A stretch of 64,000 nucleotides of DNA, taken from contig JANMGO010000038.1 in NCBI GenBank assembly GCA_031374665.1, forward strand, positions 330 to 64,329. The letters are read 5' to 3'. The translations under genes were made by a program, and so were the position numbers. The notes beneath the pieces were generated by a model. The model searched no databases, was not told the DNA's origin, and saw only the letters and a list, made by a program, of their open reading frames with translations. The DNA comes from Akkermansiaceae bacterium. Lineage in GTDB: Bacteria > Verrucomicrobiota > Verrucomicrobiia > Verrucomicrobiales > Akkermansiaceae. Every line of letters starts with the position of its first letter. Position 1 is the first letter of the stretch. Positions 61,972-64,000 of this stretch are shown here, in pieces.

Positions 61972-64000
61972 TTTGCTGGAACGCGGGTTCTGGATGGGGA
62001 ATAGCCTGGGGCTTCTGCGGAAATTTCCCATGCTCCGCCGGGTTCCAGATCTTTTTGTGGGGCGAGTTGGAGGGTGCCTTGGAGAGCGCCGCTGGTTTGG
62101 GTGCTTCCGTTAGATAAGGCGAGAATAGCTGCGATGAGTTTGTCCGCATCGGCGGGTTTGAGAGCGACTTGTGGAGGCATGGGAATTTCACCCCAAACAC
62201 CAGCGCCACCGGTTTTCAATTTGTTTTTTAGATATTCAGCGGCGTCATTTTGATCGCGGTATTTGAGTGCGACATCGAAGTAGGCTGGGCCGACGGAAGT
62301 GACATCGACTTGGTGGCAGGCGAGGCATTGGTTGACTTTGGCGAGTTCTGCAGGGACGGGTTCGAATTGCGGGCCGCCGGAATCGTGTCCTGTCGGCGGG
62401 ATGTAGCGGGCACGGACTTTGAGTTGTTTTGGGTCAGGGTTGGTCTTGGCGCTGACTTTGAATTTCACCGTATCGCCGAAGCCGAGTTTCGCCGGAACTT
62501 TCTCAAGCTCAAGGGCGAGGGTTTGCTGTTCCTTCGCGGCGATCAGAGAAACGCGTGCGACGGTTTTCGCACCTTTGTCGTCTTCGGCCACGGCACGGAT
62601 TTCTTCAAACGTTCCGGATGGGATGACCACGCTGGAGCCAGTGCCGAGGTTACGTTCGTTGGCGCCTTCGGTGAGATACCAAGTGACGGTGAGTTTTCCG
62701 CCTTCTGGGTCGGCGGCTTGGTTGACCGAGTAACCCTTCTCGACTCCATCGGTGGTTTTGATGGTTAGAGTGGGTGCCTTGTTTCCTATATCCGGCGTGA
62801 AGCGATAGACGCCACCGTTTTTATTGAAATACCAATCGGAGCCGTATTCGAGCAGAATAAGGGAACCGTCCAGATCCATTTCGAGATCCATGGGGTGGAC
62901 GATTTTTTCGATCAGGATTTCCATTTTCTCGAACTTCTCGTCGGCGGTGAGTTTGGTTTTGAAAATTTTGCCACGCATCCAATCGTAGTTGAGCAGGCTC
63001 ATGTTTTCTTCTTTGGAAAGGACGTTGTATTTTCTATCAGATTCGTAATAAAAAACGGGACCTGCCATGGCGTTGCGTCCGCCTTGGCCGATGTTAGGAA
63101 ACTCCTCGCTTACTGCGTAGGGATACCAGATGAAAGCGGGTTGTGCGGGTGGTAGAATTTTCAGTCCGGTGTTGCGCTTGCCGGGGTTTTCAGGAGCGGC
63201 GGGATCAGTCATTTTTCCGATGGAGTTATCGGCGAAATTCCGGATGGGATAGGGTTTGTTGTTGGCGATGACAAAGGGCCATCCGTAGTTGCCTGCTGCT
63301 TTGGCTTGGTTGACTTCGTCGTGCCCGCGCGGGCCTTCCGGTGCGTCTTCGCGTCCGTCTGGACCGACCTCGCCCCAGTAGAGGGTTTTGGTTTTGGGAT
63401 CGATGGAAATACGGAAGGGATTGCGGCAACCCATGACATAAATTTCCGGGCGGGCTTTATCGGTACCTTTGGGGAAAAGATTTCCAGGTGGGATTTCGTA
63501 ACCCGTTTCTGTGGGTTTGATACGCAAGACTTTTCCGCGAAGGTCGTTGGTGTTTCCCGCGGTGCGTTGTGCATCCCATGGTTCGCGGTTGTCTCTATCG
63601 TCGATGGGGGCGTAGCCTTTGCTTTCGAAGGGGTTGGTGTTGTCTCCCGTTGAGAGATAGAGCAATCCATCAGGACCGAATTTCACACTTCCGCCGTGGT
63701 GGCAGACTTTGGGTTCGCGGTTGGTGGGGATTTCGATAAGTTTGAGTTCCGAAGAGAAATCGATTTTACCATCTTTCAAGGTGAAGCGGGAAAGGCGATT
63801 CATGATCGCATCCGCCACGCTGTAGTAGAGATAGATGCGTTGGTTTTTTGCGAAATTCGGATCGAGGGCGATTCCATGAAGCGCGTCCTCGCGGCCATAC
63901 ATGTTTTTCGGATTGTCGCTTCTAACCGTTTGAACAGGAATGATGCCAACCTGGAAAATCCCACCTGTGTTGGGGTTGATCCGCAGAACCCGGCCTTCGC
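61968..64000 (-). CDS. PQQ-dependent sugar dehydrogenase-like beta-propeller fused to an Ig/PKD-like module and a C-terminal c-type cytochrome domain (5' end runs off the window)
   Basis: It has HGIALDPNF, HHGGSVKFGPDGLLYLSTGD and GKVLRIKP blocks of soluble glucose/sorbosone dehydrogenases. The C-terminal CLACHQVD is a CxxCH haem site. The frame stays open from 63902 to the window edge (…EGRVLRINPNTGG…). Confidence 0.8.
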   Translation of the reverse strand, partial: EGRVLRINPNTGGIFQVGIIPVQTVRSDNPKNMYGREDALHGIALDPNFAKNQRIYLYYSVADAIMNRLSRFTLKDGKIDFSSELKLIEIPTNREPKVCHHGGSVKFGPDGLLYLSTGDNTNPFESKGYAPIDDRDNREPWDAQRTAGNTNDLRGKVLRIKPTETGYEIPPGNLFPKGTDKARPEIYVMGCRNPFRISIDPKTKTLYWGEVGPDGREDAPEGPRGHDEVNQAKAAGNYGWPFVIANNKPYPIRNFADNSIGKMTDPAAPENPGKRNTGLKILPPAQPAFIWYPYAVSEEFPNIGQGGRNAMAGPVFYYESDRKYNVLSKEENMSLLNYDWMRGKIFKTKLTADEKFEKMEILIEKIVHPMDLEMDLDGSLILLEYGSDWYFNKNGGVYRFTPDIGNKAPTLTIKTTDGVEKGYSVNQAADPEGGKLTVTWYLTEGANERNLGTGSSVVIPSGTFEEIRAVAEDDKGAKTVARVSLIAAKEQQTLALELEKVPAKLGFGDTVKFKVSAKTNPDPKQLKVRARYIPPTGHDSGGPQFEPVPAELAKVNQCLACHQVDVTSVGPAYFDVALKYRDQNDAAEYLKNKLKTGGAGVWGEIPMPPQVALKPADADKLIAAILALSNGSTQTSGALQGTLQLAPQKDLEPGGAWEISAEAPGYSPSRTRVPAK

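Overview
This 64-kb window reads like a Verrucomicrobiota (PVC superphylum) chromosome segment. The evidence is PEP-CTERM and autotransporter-repeat surface proteins, a giant GspK-like pseudopilin of the kind I recall as 'Verru_Chthon cassette protein A', and mostly Shine-Dalgarno-poor leaders.

It has two parts.

(i) Bases 1-20.7 kb form an all-plus-strand accessory block of very large secreted proteins:
- a PEP-CTERM adhesin;
- three divergent paralogues of an uncharacterised PDZ / alpha-alpha-toroid-like / HEAT-repeat protein, interleaved with a SASA-type O-acetylesterase;
- a 1365-aa pseudopilin-like protein;
- a transglutaminase-like plus CBM-like protein.
This block is my best candidate for an undescribed system.

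(ii) Bases 20.9-64 kb are mostly housekeeping genes: typA, gatB, hom, queE, rsfS, rnd, pepP, trpF, pdxJ, acpS, hemB and thiG. Small accessory items are embedded among them:
- a VapBC module;
- a deletion scar that leaves two 5'-truncated genes;
- a BlaI-type repressor fused to a histone-H1-like Lys/Ala tail;
- a GYF-CD225 plus DUF2752 pair;
- two tail-anchored coiled-coil proteins;
- a divergent MGDG-synthase-like GT and LtaS/sulfatase-like pair.

I recognised no rRNA, tRNA, CRISPR array, transposase or integrase. Intergenic DNA carries several families of short periodic repeats: 7-nt-periodic NNNCACT and NNNTAAA arrays, ~10-nt-periodic GCRGAGG arrays, and two copies of a ~120-135-bp element with inverted termini.

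All functional calls come from motif recognition by eye on the supplied translations. No database search was run. Coordinates of non-coding elements may be off by 1-2 nt.
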